A DNA stretch of 64,000 nucleotides from Nageia nagi (Eukaryota; Plantae; Pinophyta), in assembly GCA_050084985.1 (NCBI GenBank), contig JBITNC010000001.1, forward strand, positions 115,382,001-115,446,000, written 5' to 3'. The translations under genes and the position numbers were made by a program. The notes below the pieces were generated by a model that was given only the letters and a program-made list of their open reading frames with translations, was not told the DNA's origin and searched no databases. Shown here in pieces: positions 28,569-40,538 of the stretch; the first letter of the stretch is position 1, and each line of letters opens with the position of its first letter.

Positions 28569-29620
28569 CTACACACCCGCGTATCTCTCAATGAAAATGG
28601 CCTTTTCTTCTTCAGAATTTTGCCTCTCTATGGAGTATTGCTTAAATTGGGAGAATATGAAAAGCCTGTAACGTCGTGGATGCGATCCGCCCACCCGTTG
28701 TGGACAACTCGGTGCTCCACACTGCGGTACCTTCCGTTGCTCTATGCCTGCACTTTCCCACGTTTGCGTTAATTACTCCTCACCACAAAACATTAGCCCA
28801 ACCGCGGTAGTTCATCCTCACCTTACAAAAGTCACCGATGTTGATAAGAAATGAGTTCGATAATGGCTTGACGTTCAACCAAGTGCCTTCCTTTGATCGA
28901 ATCTGGAGGCCACCCTTGTTATCTTGGTAAAGGATGGTAAACAGCCCGGCATCTGTGTGAGCAAAGAGAGGGTCCTCGTCTAGTGATTTTCCCTCAGAAG
29001 TGTAGTGTATTATACGCAGGATGGGCGTGCAGTTTCGGAAATCAGACTGATAGTAATTCTCGGCATCCAAATTAAGGCTTGCAAGAATGATTTTGGTGAT
29101 CGTTCGTACGAGATCTTCCAAGAAAAGCGTATACGTTTGAATAGTTTTGCTGGAATGGGATAGGAGCCATGAATTACTTTTAAGCTTGTAAGACGAAAAT
29201 ATGTATATAATCATAGGCAGACATGGGCAGACAACATACCAGAAAAATGGATTTCCGTCTTGTGGCCATATGTTGCGTGACATTTGAAGGACTGAATCTG
29301 AATGACGTGGCTCCGGGAAGGTGAACATCTCCCGGCCTGGTCGGCTAGAGAAGCTGTCCATCGCTTTTTGTCTAACGTCTTGGGGCATGGGGCACGGCAC
29401 ATACTTGTTGGACTGCTAACTCTAGCTCTTGGAAAAGAGTTTCTGAAATCCCATGGTTGATAACTCTGAGAAATCCCCATTCTTGGCAAGCATATTTCAG
29501 TTTGGTAATGACCTCGTGATACTGGGCATCATGGGTTTCTTGTGCTAATTGTGAAAGGTCGGTGAGAGGGAGATCAACTTCAAGACCAACATCAGGGGAA
29601 GTCTGCATAGAGGAAGGCAT
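28569..29620 (-). pseudogene. 2-oxoglutarate/Fe(II)-dependent dioxygenase (DOXC class, DIOX_N + 2OG-FeII_Oxy) pseudogene; exons 29620-29240, 29149-28822, 28747-28569
   Basis: DIOX_N motifs LPLTDLS and ACQEWGFLRVINHGIS; HxD in FAHTDAGLFTILYQDNKGGLQI; FLINIGD; A*SNGRYRSVEHRVV; C-terminal HPRRYRLF...IERYAGV*. GT-AG introns at 29239-29150 (phase 2) and 28821-28748 (phase 0), typical positions for the family. Lesions: 7-bp duplication frameshift (29382-29395), TGG>TAG (28744-28742), frameshifting deletion at ~28681. Substrate cannot be assigned. Confidence 0.93.
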
Positions 29621-29691
29621 GGTGGAGGATCTTTTGGAGGCAGAAGAGATATTCTGAGATTGGGTTTGTTGTTATTAATGTTGGGCTTTGT

Positions 29692-29702
29692 TGTTAAATA
29701 AT
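29692..29702 (-). promoter_or_regulatory. Candidate TATA-like box (TATTTAA) of the 2OGD gene
   Basis: Minus-strand TATTTAA ~75 bp upstream of the ATG. Supported by motif and position only. Confidence 0.35.
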
Positions 29703-31089
29703 TAAGGCAGTTTGATGGACATGGAGATGGAATATTTTCTGATCCTTGATGGACATACGCACGAGATAAATAAAGACTTGAATAAGCAATAGAAGTTGCA
29801 GCCTTGCAGGCTTCTGGACAACGAAATTTGTTATCTAGCATTTTATCTTTAAAAATTCCGCATTCCAACAAATGAAATGGTCTTAGTTTTCGGTTGACTT
29901 CTCTTCTTTAGGGTTTTATGGAGGGCCAACATGCATGCTCGTCAAAGCTTTCGCTATCATCTCTACATCTGAATTGTTTCTTTCAAAAGCAACAGGTGTG
30001 TGATGAAGCTATCATGCTATGCGTCATTTAAATTTTCAGGTTGGTTTCAAGTGGAGTTGAATGAGATTTTAGGATTTCATGGGTTGTAATTTCCATTGTT
30101 TTTTCCGGTTATGTTTAGGAATAAGAGTTGTTTGGTTATTGAACATTATTTTGAATTAAATTATATTATTTGGATTCATATTATATTTAATATAAATATT
30201 GTAGATAATGAAGAAGTTGTAAAAATTAAAGGTGGAATATTAACAAATAGAATTAATTTAGATAAATTTATTGTATAATCTTCAAGGTTTACTTAAGTTT
30301 AGAAAATATTAGTTATTATTGTATATTTGTGTAATTTTATTTTAAAATTTATTCAATTTTATTATATTTTATATTTTTCTACATTATAAATATTACATAT
30401 GGTATAATCTTTGTTTTTAGTTTTTAGGAAGGTGGGAGTTCACTTTCAGGTAAATTGTTATATGAACTATCTCACAATTGTTAGTGGTGTAAAATTTTAA
30501 TGGCTTCTTCACCCAATGGTTATGGTTGAAATGTAGCCAAATTAGAGTCCATTGAAACAAGCATCCATAGGTTTCCACTTGTGACTTATAAAAAATTCAA
30601 AGCTTGAACCATTGTATTGTTGTTGTTGTGGATATAAGGTGCGATCTTAAACATTAAGTAATCACATATAATTAAATTACATATTCACATTTGTAATAGC
30701 AAAATTAGCTTAATTTCAATACTAAATTCATTTTAGTAAGACAAATTTAGCAGAACTTAACTATTTTCAAAATGATTTTAATTTCTTTTAATTTATTTTT
30801 ATTTGTGATTGAAAAATTTAATTTTAAATCCCTAAACTTCCAATGAATAGGAAAAGAATTTATGCATCCAAAACTTATTGACAAAAGTGGTAGCATTAGA
30901 TAAAAGAGATTAAGAATGGAAAAATATAATGAAATAGTAGAATCATTATACATGAAAAAATACTAAATTAAGAATATAAGAGCACAATCTAAGCTTTTAA
31001 TATCTCATATAAACTTTGCACAACAAGATCATCATCAAGCCACACTACCTTTAGTTGTTTAGTGTATGGAGTGTATGGCTAACCCACAC

Positions 31090-33708
31090 TCCCACTCCAT
31101 GCATTTCAAATACTTCTACAACAAAAATGTCAAGTGACATTACATAGCTCCATACACTCCTAAGCATAATGGCATAGCCAAAAGAAAGAACCAAACAATC
31201 ATTGAGATGGCCCAGTGTATGCTGGAGAACATGGGAATGGATAACAAATTATAGGGGAAGTTATTCATATTATTATTTACATCTTGAATCACTTCCTAAC
31301 CAAGGTTATATAGGATTCAATCAACTATTTAGTTTGGTTTGATAGGAAACCTAGTATATCAAACCTTTATATCCTTTGATCTACATGCTACATTCACATT
31401 CCTAGGAAGAATAGAAAGAATATGGATAAGATATCAATTAAGTGTATCTTTGTGGGATACTCTAATGAATCAAAAGCCTCTCAATGTTATGATTCAGGCT
31501 TTGATTTAAATTGTACATCAATCTTGACATGATCTTTAATGAACAAGTAATTTATTCTAATTATTTTGATAGTTATGATATCATCCTTAAGTTTGATGAC
31601 TCTAATTCTTATGATCTAGTAAAAACCCAATAATCTTCCCACCCTTAGCCACCCAACCCTCCAATCATTCCTACTCCTTTCAAGAATAGGATTGCATGAG
31701 ATCATTCATAATCTTTGATGTTGGATGCAGATTTCATCATAAGAATGACCTAACAACAATCAAGGGCTTGTGTGATAACATCATGGATCATTCCTTGATG
31801 TTTACTTCCCTCATTGATCCTTCCACTATTAAGGCATGGATGCAAATTAAAATTGGTGAGAACACCAATGTAAAAAAAGATAGAGTAGATTCAAAAGAAT
31901 GACTCTTGAGAGCCTATCCCTCCTCCTAAGAAGAAGAATATCATTGGATTCAAATGGATCTATAAGCTAAAGTACAATGTTGATGGTAGATTTATAAAAC
32001 ATAAAGTCTATTTGGTTGTTATGGGACATGCTTAGAAAGAAGTCTTGGACTATAAAAATACATTTACACCTTTTTCCTTCCTTGAGAAGATACTCTCTCT
32101 TCTTGCTTTAGCTTCTAATTTTGGTCTCACTATCTACCAAATGAATGTTAAGTATACCTTCTTGAATGCAAACTTGGAGGAAGAAGTTTATGTGAATCAA
32201 CCCTATGGATTCACCATTACTAGCCATGAGGACACAATGTATAGGCTCAAGAAATCTCTTTATGAGCTCAAGTAATGCCCCACACCTAGTATTCTTGAAC
32301 CGATACCTAGTTCCATTAAAATGATTATCATAAGTGCTCCATAAAAGCTATATTATACATAAGGGTATCCAACTCTGACTACATCATCATTTATCTCTAT
32401 GTTGATGATATTTTTTTATGATCTCCTCTTCTTACATGCTTCAGTGGTTTAAGATTGCCATGGTTAATGAGTTTGGGATAAGTGATAATGATGATATACA
32501 ATATTTTTTAGGCATGCAAATTCAACATTCATCCACTGACATATTCATCACTCAAACCAAATATGTTGTTGATATACTTTCATTCTTCTCAATAAAAGAT
32601 TGTAAACCTCTTAGTACCCCCATAGTTATAGGTTGTAAATTGATAAGTGAGGATTCCATTCCTCTTGTTAGTGTAATCTTATGCATATCACTTGTAGGTA
32701 GTTTGATGTATCTCACAATTACCCAATCTAATATAATATATTAGAGAAAAACTAAAAGCATACTATAGTATGTATCCAAAATCAAAGCTTTTATACTGTG
32801 GTAAGTCTACTAACTCTGATAATCTTATAGCATAATGTACATAAATGTTGATTGGGTTAGAAGCCTAGATGATAGTAAGATCACCTTAGGGTATTTCTTT
32901 TTTTTTTTTAATCCCTCATCTCATGAGGCATCAAAAAGCAACAAATAATTTCTCTTTCAACTATAAAAGAAAAATATATGGTTTCCTCCTCTGCTTGCAT
33001 CCAAGCAATTTGAATGGCTTAGTTATTTGAGGATTTGGGTATGGAACTTTTCCTTCCCATTACCATCCACTATGATAAAACCAACACCATTGTCATGAAC
33101 AAGAATTTGGTGTTGCATAGTAGGAAAAAGCACATAGATATTTGATACCATTTTATGAAAGACTTGGTGAATGATGGATTCCTTGAATTCAAGATTCATC
33201 CCACTGATGGCCAACTCCTATACATATTTACCCAAGCTTGCCAAAGGATTAATTCCTCAATCTTAGAAATCTTATTTCAATTTAACCCATTCACATTAAG
33301 AAGAAGAATGAGGGAATTTAATATTCTAGGTTGACTACATTTTAACATTAATAGTCTTGTGGTACCAAAGGCTCAAATTATTATGTGCCGATGGCTCCTA
33401 CTCCATGCTCTATTCACCTACAGTCATTTACTTCTATTGCAAGTGTTTATTTGATCTTTAATGCTCATGATATGATCTTCTAATGTAAGGCATAGCTCCC
33501 TATATTCTTTGATCTATTGGTAGATTTTTATATATGCTTTAGGTTTCTTGTATTCTTTTACACTCCATTTTCTTTATTAATATAAATAGGAGATTGTTTT
33601 TCTTTGTAAAAAGAGAGAGAAGAGTTTATTGTAACACTATGTTTTTAATTGAAGTACTCATAATATAAATAAATTTGTTTGCTTTGCAACTCATTTTTAT
33701 TTTCTTCA
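31090..33708 (+). mobile_element. 5'-truncated decayed Ty1/copia element (INT-RT-RH-PPT-3' LTR)
   Basis: Integrase APYTPKHNGIAKRKNQTIIEMAQCML (~31150), RT IGFKWIYKLK (~31945), YQMNVKYTFLNANLEEEVYVNQPYGF, LYVDD (~32400), RNase H DWVRSLDDSKITLGY (~32850) and KHIDI*YHF (~33130). Purine tract at ~33298-33308 followed by LTR-like sequence with TATAAATA (33581). The LTR end is approximate. Confidence 0.85.
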
Positions 33709-34157
33709 TGTGGTTGCTTGATTGCATGCATGACTTGATGTTTTCATGTAGGTATCTTGTAGACTAGTTTGAGGTATGTCTTACCATTAAGTCCATATTT
33801 TAGCTTCTAGGTATCAATCAAATTCTGATTTTATGCTTTTAGCAGTGACATATTATAGTTTAAATTCTTATTTCCCTATACGAATTTTAGATAAGTTTGA
33901 TTGCTTAATTGTTTGACTTAGCCCATTAGTTGCATGATTTTTCTTAGTGGAATCATGTCTAAACTAAATATTATTCTTGTACTTTTTCCAATCTATTTTC
34001 ATCCACTTCATAGCCTTGTTGGACCTCCATATTCAAGAGAAAGGATTTTTTGGACATCCTAAGAGCTTTCTTTTCTCACCAAACATATTTTCATGCTTTT
34101 TCACTTCATGTTACACATTATAGTATGTAATAATCCTTATTATATCATATTCATACC

Positions 34158-34380
34158 TTTGTTGATGTCATCTCTCTTTCCATGTAATATTTAGTTCATT
34201 TCTTACTATTTCATACTTTTAAAGGGCTTTCAAGTATTAGTCATACCTTCCTCCTATATGTTGACATTTTTGTTGATGTCATTATTCTTTGCATGTAATA
34301 CTTAGTTCATTTTTTACTGTATCGTACCTTCAAATGCCTTTCAAGTGTTATTCATACCTTCCTACTCCATGTCGATATCA
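34158..34380. repeat. Two ~111-bp direct repeats, followed by degenerate ~70-bp repeats to ~34750
   Basis: TTTGTTGATGTCAT...CATGTAATA.TTAGTTCATTT...CTTTCAAGT.TTA.TCATACCTTCCT at 34158 and 34269. TTGTTGAT(G/A)TCA recurs at ~34510 and ~34580. Confidence 0.75.
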
Positions 34381-37300
34381 TTGCTCTCACCATCCTTATT
34401 CAATGCCTTATTACCTTACCAAATATTCTTTGAGTTTATGCTAACATAATTTATCTTATAGCCTGATACTTAGTGCATTTCTTATAATGACATAATTTAA
34501 TAATCTTATTGTTGATGTCATCTCTCTAAAAGAGTAATAGTACCACTTTTATGCCTCACAATAGTTTAGCAAAATACTTGTTGATATCACTACTTAAAAA
34601 TTGTAGCATTCTACCTATTTTTTCCCTATGTCAAACCATGATAATTTTTTTGATACCATCATCAACTATAAAGTGACATTCTACCATTTTTATTTCTCAT
34701 ATCATGTTAAAGCTCTTGCTAAAATCATCAATCATAAATTGTGATAATATAATTTTTGCACTACTCCTATTCATAAAAACTCTATTCTTCCACACAATGA
34801 TTTCATTTAACTATGACTTGTACTTTTTTTTATCATGGCTACTTCATATTTGACCATAAAACTTCTTCTATTGACCAAAATAACTCAAATTCTTTATGAT
34901 GATGAGATTCATTTGATTATTCATTTTTGGTGGATATTGGTTGTGGTTATGATGGTTTTTATGTTGAGGCCCATTTAATCTTTATAAATATCAAGATTTG
35001 AATAAGAGAATGCAAAGCAGTTATCTACTTAAATATATTATCATGATCAATCATGTATTATATTATGTCCCAAATATATTTATATTTTTTAATACCATGA
35101 CCATTGATATGATATAAAATTTAGTATCCATTATCTATATGGCATAGGGATTTGTATATTGTATAATTTTTAAAATATTGGTAATATGAGTTTAGTAGTG
35201 TCTGAAATATTCTTTTTAATTTGTAATACCTAGATGTAAGGGTTTGACTTATGTTTTATTATTACAATGGAGCTTTATAAATTTTGTTAGGACTATCTTA
35301 CTAACTTGGTAATTTTAGTGATATTTTTTTTTATTTTTTTTGTAATTAATTATTCACCATACTTTCAATGTTGTTGATATGTACATGTAGAATTCTTTAG
35401 ACATTAGGAATGTATCTTTAAATGTATAAAATTATATTTTTAAAGAGTACTTGATATATTTACTTAGTATAAATTTTGCATAATAGTGATAGTAGCTCAC
35501 TTTGTGGTATGATGAAAGTGAGTTCACTCATGTGTGAAAATAAATCTAATATAGGATATCTATTTAAATGCATTATACTATAAATGTCAATATTGGAAAC
35601 TTTATTTATGATATTTATAAATAATTATATAAGAGATAGATTTTTCTAATTGATTAAAAGTATAAATTAAGTATTATACCATGTTATTCTACCAATCTAA
35701 TGCTTTTCATGTTAATGATAATGGAAATATTTGGAGCATCTTGATGCATCATCATCATTCATCCATTAGCATAAGTACTTTAAAATATGAATATCATTTT
35801 AAGGATTTTATTTAGCTTTGAGTTTATCAAATTATAACATTTCAAATTAGAATGGATATTATTTGTTTAAAATTAAAAGGTGGATTGGTTTATTTCTTAT
35901 TCAACTTTATATCAATTTTGTATGATAAATTTTTTGATATTATCTTTCTAAATATTTAATCTATTAAGAACACCTTGAAATGAGGGGATATCCAAATATT
36001 GTTATGTGGTTTACTTATGTATGAAGATGTGGGAAGAGGGTTGTTTGAATAAAATTATGACATTTAATATCATTATTTTTTATGTATGATTATATTTAAA
36101 GTGGTTAGTTTTATCATGCAATTGGTTATATCAATACTATGGTATGATTTTATATGGTATTTTGATTTGGGATTTGAATATGCTTCTTTATAAAAGTAGG
36201 ATTTTTATAATAAATAGGTTATAATCTTCCACTTTTTGGTAGTTATTTCATGATATTAAACTATGTATTTGACACTCATTGGGACCTTATCTTAGCCACA
36301 TTATTAGTTTCACTATAATAAGAAAGAGGATCTTATAGAATGTTATTATTTATGCATTATTAGAATGCATGCTTGATGGCTTCATAGTGGTAAAAGGGTT
36401 GGATGATTTTAAGGGGATCCTCCTATATATGCAATATGAAAGCTTAATTCTATGTTGAATCATATCTAAGGCTCAAAAATTGGTGTGGAGTTTCACATAC
36501 TTCACTATATGCATAAATTTACTTTAGTTTACTAATAACTATAATCATAAAATTAATAATGCCAAGATTGTGTGTATATATAGAGTTAATCTTAAATATT
36601 GATATCTTCCTTTTAGTCTTTATACCTATGATTTGAAAATATTTTACATAAAAAAATTAGTATCATCTTTTGTTTAAGGTTTTACATGATGAAGATGATA
36701 ACTTGCTCGAGATAATCTAACCCCTTATAAAATTAAGTTGAAATGAAAAATAAGGAACATAAATGATAAAATGATAACAATTTATTCTTATGATTATGAT
36801 ATGATCACATAGATGTTATTTTATGAAGGAATTGTAGGAAGTGTTGGTTATCAATTTTATGACATCAAAATCTACACTCATGATTTAAGATTTATCATAT
36901 AAGTTTCTAATATATAAATAGATGTGTAATAGGTTTTGAGTTTTGTTTCACATATGAATCTATATAAGTTATGGAAAATAGAAGAAACTACAAATTCATA
37001 TTAGGTACACCTATGCAAATGTTGGATATGATTTTATAAATACTATATAAAGAAGCATGGATGGTCAAATCCGTAGTAGAGAAGGAAATGAGTGAAAAAT
37101 GATAAAGGATAAGTAGATGTAGATATGTGGATGTTATAAAGTGATGGGATCTATATACACGAATTTATATATATAGACTCAATTGATTGTAGAATTTTTT
37201 AAAAGTACATATAAGAATGATGAAATCTTTTTATAGATCTTAAAATAATGATATTACTTTTATTAGTTATGCCATATGAAGTTGAAGTGGTCAACATGAA

Positions 37301-38713
37301 AAAATATGAGATTTCTAGAAGTTGGACAACTAGATTCAAGTTTTCTAAGGGAAAATACATCAATATTAAAAAAGACATGGTTTTTGCTTTTTAGAGGATT
37401 ATTTATCAACCTTATTGGATAGATTCAATGACCATTCAAAAATGCAAGATTGCTTATGATCAACCAATAATAGGATATAATGTTTTTTTCCCCCATTATT
37501 AATGGTAATTTAGTTTTTGAGAGGATTCACAAATATGGCATTATTTTTATGTCTCTATAAGGGTTAGGATTTTATAATAAAAATGTGAAAATAAAATTTA
37601 TATGTGGATATAATTCTAACCATTTTTTTTTACTTGGTTTAATTCATCAAGAATGATTTCTCTTTGATATTAATAGATTTTAATTAAACTGAATAGAAAA
37701 AAGTTTCATTTTAACACGATTCATAGGAATAACTTATTGAGATTATTTTATATGCTTATCCACTTACTGTTAAACTAAGGTTTCAATTGAAGAACTAAAA
37801 GCACATAAAAAGATATTTGTAAAATAAAATGAATATTATTGATTTTATCAAAAGGAATATGGTGAAATTTAAAATAACGTTAATTATATTGTTAAAGACA
37901 ACATAATGTTTTAGAAATGGAAAAAATATGCAAATATAAATAGAAATGAAATAATGAAAAAAATGATAGTACAATTTACTATGAAAGATAATATATATAA
38001 TCTTTTATAAATAAAAAAAATAAGTACAACCTTATATAAACATCAAATAATTAAAATATGATAATTCATTGATTATAAAACTATGAAAATGCAATAATTG
38101 ATTGCTTAGTTGCTAAAAATATAAAAATACAAACTTGACAAGACTATAATAAGAAAGATGAACTTAAATTATGATCATATCAAATTATCATATAATATAT
38201 ACCATTATTATATAAACATATTGAGAATATTAATATAACTACGTAGCTTTTATAACTTATAATTTAATTTCTTAACTATATAATAACAACAATAAAATTT
38301 GATGTTATTTGGCAATGTAGTTGTTTAATTAATGATTAAGCCTCTTCCTTAAGTGATATATTATAACATTCCATGCATTTTGTTTGGTGTTATTGAGGTC
38401 TACAAATTTTTCTAACAATTCCAAGAACATTTGCAAAGTTAACGTATTATATTTGCTTCATGATTATATCAAGTTAAAATCAAAATTAAAAATAGGAATA
38501 AATGGTTATAAATAATTTGTTGATCTAGTTGTTATGAAATTGAAATTTGGACGTAGCAACCAAAGTTCAAATGTACATAATACATTTTGAAATAATCCTT
38601 AAACGATTTCTTTTTAGAACTTAATTTTATTTGCAAGTTGTAAATAATATAAACTTCCTAATTGTGATTGCATGCAAATCATGAAATTAATGTGTAAGCA
38701 AGATCGCAAAAAG

Positions 38714-38842
38714 AATATCTTTACATACGCTTCTAAAAGAAACAAGACCGCACCAATAACTATGAGAAGATGCAAATATCTTTATATGTGTTGTTAAAAA
38801 ATATTAAGTCCACCAATACCTATGTAAAGATGCACAAATATC
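38714..38842. repeat. Two imperfect ~61-bp tandem repeats
   Basis: AATATCTTTA...CACCAATA.CTATG..AAGATGCA repeated at 38714 and 38775. Confidence 0.7.
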
Positions 38843-39624
38843 GCACAGTAGGAATTAGAAAGACGTCAACTTGATCCCTAGGTAAATACTAGACAACAAT
38901 ATTATTCATAATGTCATCGCATCTGCTTCCCATCATGCAGCATCCAATCAATCTTATCTGAGGGAAAATATTAGTAATAGTTAAGACGTACAATGCAAGG
39001 GACTTCACAAAACCGTAGAATACAATCGCATTATCTTAAAAGTATTGAGCATTACATGACCAATTGCAAATAGCAAGACTTGAAAAGATTAAGTTATTTT
39101 TTTAGTAAAAAAAATAGTAAATTTGTATTTAGTCAATTGTGAATATAATGCAAAAGGTAACATTATTTACAAATATGGATGGTGATTTAAAAATACATAT
39201 AATCACATATTAAGAATTAAATGTCAAATTTTTAATTATAAAATAATTATTTTACATTTGATTATGAAATAATGATTCTAGGTACATTAAATACATAAAT
39301 TGTTTTGGAACAGTCTACTTCTAAAACAATCGTTAGCATTGTTGGAAGCTCTACTCTAATGTTAGCTAGCAAAATATAGGAAGAATTACAATGTGAATCT
39401 TATTTAAAAAGATTCATCATTAGTTGTCACATAAACATTTTCGATATTGAGTGGATAAATTGGTATGATTTTACATATATTGATCCAGGGTCGACTCTCT
39501 CCTAAAAAATGTGTGAATACTCCATTTCTAATGAAATTATTCTATTAACCTTGGATCGAATGTCTCCAACTAATTATTCAGAAAGAAGACTTAGGTGTGG
39601 TTTTAGTTCCATGTAGGTATATAT

Positions 39625-40538
39625 TGAAGATTTTTAAGAAAAATATATAATAATGTGTAATCAGAATACAGTAAGGCTAATCACTGGCAGAATAAACAAC
39701 GAGAAAAAATTGGAGACCAAAAAATTTTGTATTATAGAGAAGCAAAAAACGATATCAAGGCTCTCTTGGAGCTAAATAACAAAACGTATACCTATTGTTC
39801 TTTTTTTACACCTAGGTTATCTATATTTATACTAAGATGAAATAGTATATGCATGCTACTAGGTCAAAAATAAAATTAAATGTAGCATGGGCTCCATGTA
39901 CACATTTCATTGTCCATTCTGTAGAAGGTAGAGAAAGCCCATGCCCTTTCTATCTATACAACATCTGAAAAACATTAAATGGTTTTAGAAGGTTGATTAA
40001 TTTTCAACCATTCTTGTACAAAAATTAATGTTGGTGTTTAGAAATTAATGTCGATGGTTGAGCATTTAATTATGTGGTTGAAATCTCTTAAAAAAGACAT
40101 TTTCATAGTATTAATCTAGGTTCCATAGCAAGAGGGATGTTGTTGTGTATGAAAAAATGAATTTTAAGAAGACTTGGGGTTCGTGGCCTGAAATGAAGAT
40201 TGCATCCACCCAAAATAGTAGGTGCAACAAGTCCTGGATGTAAAAATAAGCAAAGCTAGAGATAAAGTGCAATAAGTCTCGCAACGAAGGAGACAATAGA
40301 GCTTGGATAATAAGTCTTGGAGAATAAATTTTGAGGGTGAAGAGATGACATAGCCCAAAGAATAATTCCCACGGGAGAAGGAGATGACAAAGGCCATACA
40401 TGAATGGGGAGATGATAGAGATAGGATAGGAATTAAAAATAACTCCTAGAGGTTGGAGATAGTAACACCCAGAGAAGAATGGAGACAAAGCCTAGAAGGA
40501 GATAGCATCTTGAGAAGGAATGGATATTAATATTTTCA
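39625..40538 (-). repeat. 3' LTR of copia element (914 bp)
   Basis: TG...CA termini, adjacent PPT (CACCCCCTTAA on +), aligns with 50385-51294. Confidence 0.93.

Noticed and set aside
29211-29489. 92-aa ORF inside the 2OGD
   Set aside because: Alternative frame of a GC-rich exon.
29545-29871. 108-aa ORF overlapping the 2OGD start
   Set aside because: Different frame, spans promoter and 5' UTR, no recognisable domain.
30096-30410. ORF ending VVKIKGG, resembling a protein-primed DNA polymerase KxKG motif; similar AAAGGTGGA words at ~35878 and ~56575
   Set aside because: No other polymerase motifs. It is equally explained as a decayed copia PPT/LTR boundary, and too degenerate to call.
34158-34750. 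Spaced repeats superficially CRISPR-like
   Set aside because: Eukaryotic context, degenerate repeats with homologous spacers, no cas genes.
36000-37600. Coding-like decayed stretch with a YKFILGTP motif suggestive of a retropepsin
   Set aside because: One weak motif, no catalytic DxG or RT nearby. Probably an ancient TE, but unsupported.
40111-40488. 125-aa and 77-aa ORFs
   Set aside because: They lie in the repetitive purine-skewed U3 of the copia LTR; no domain.
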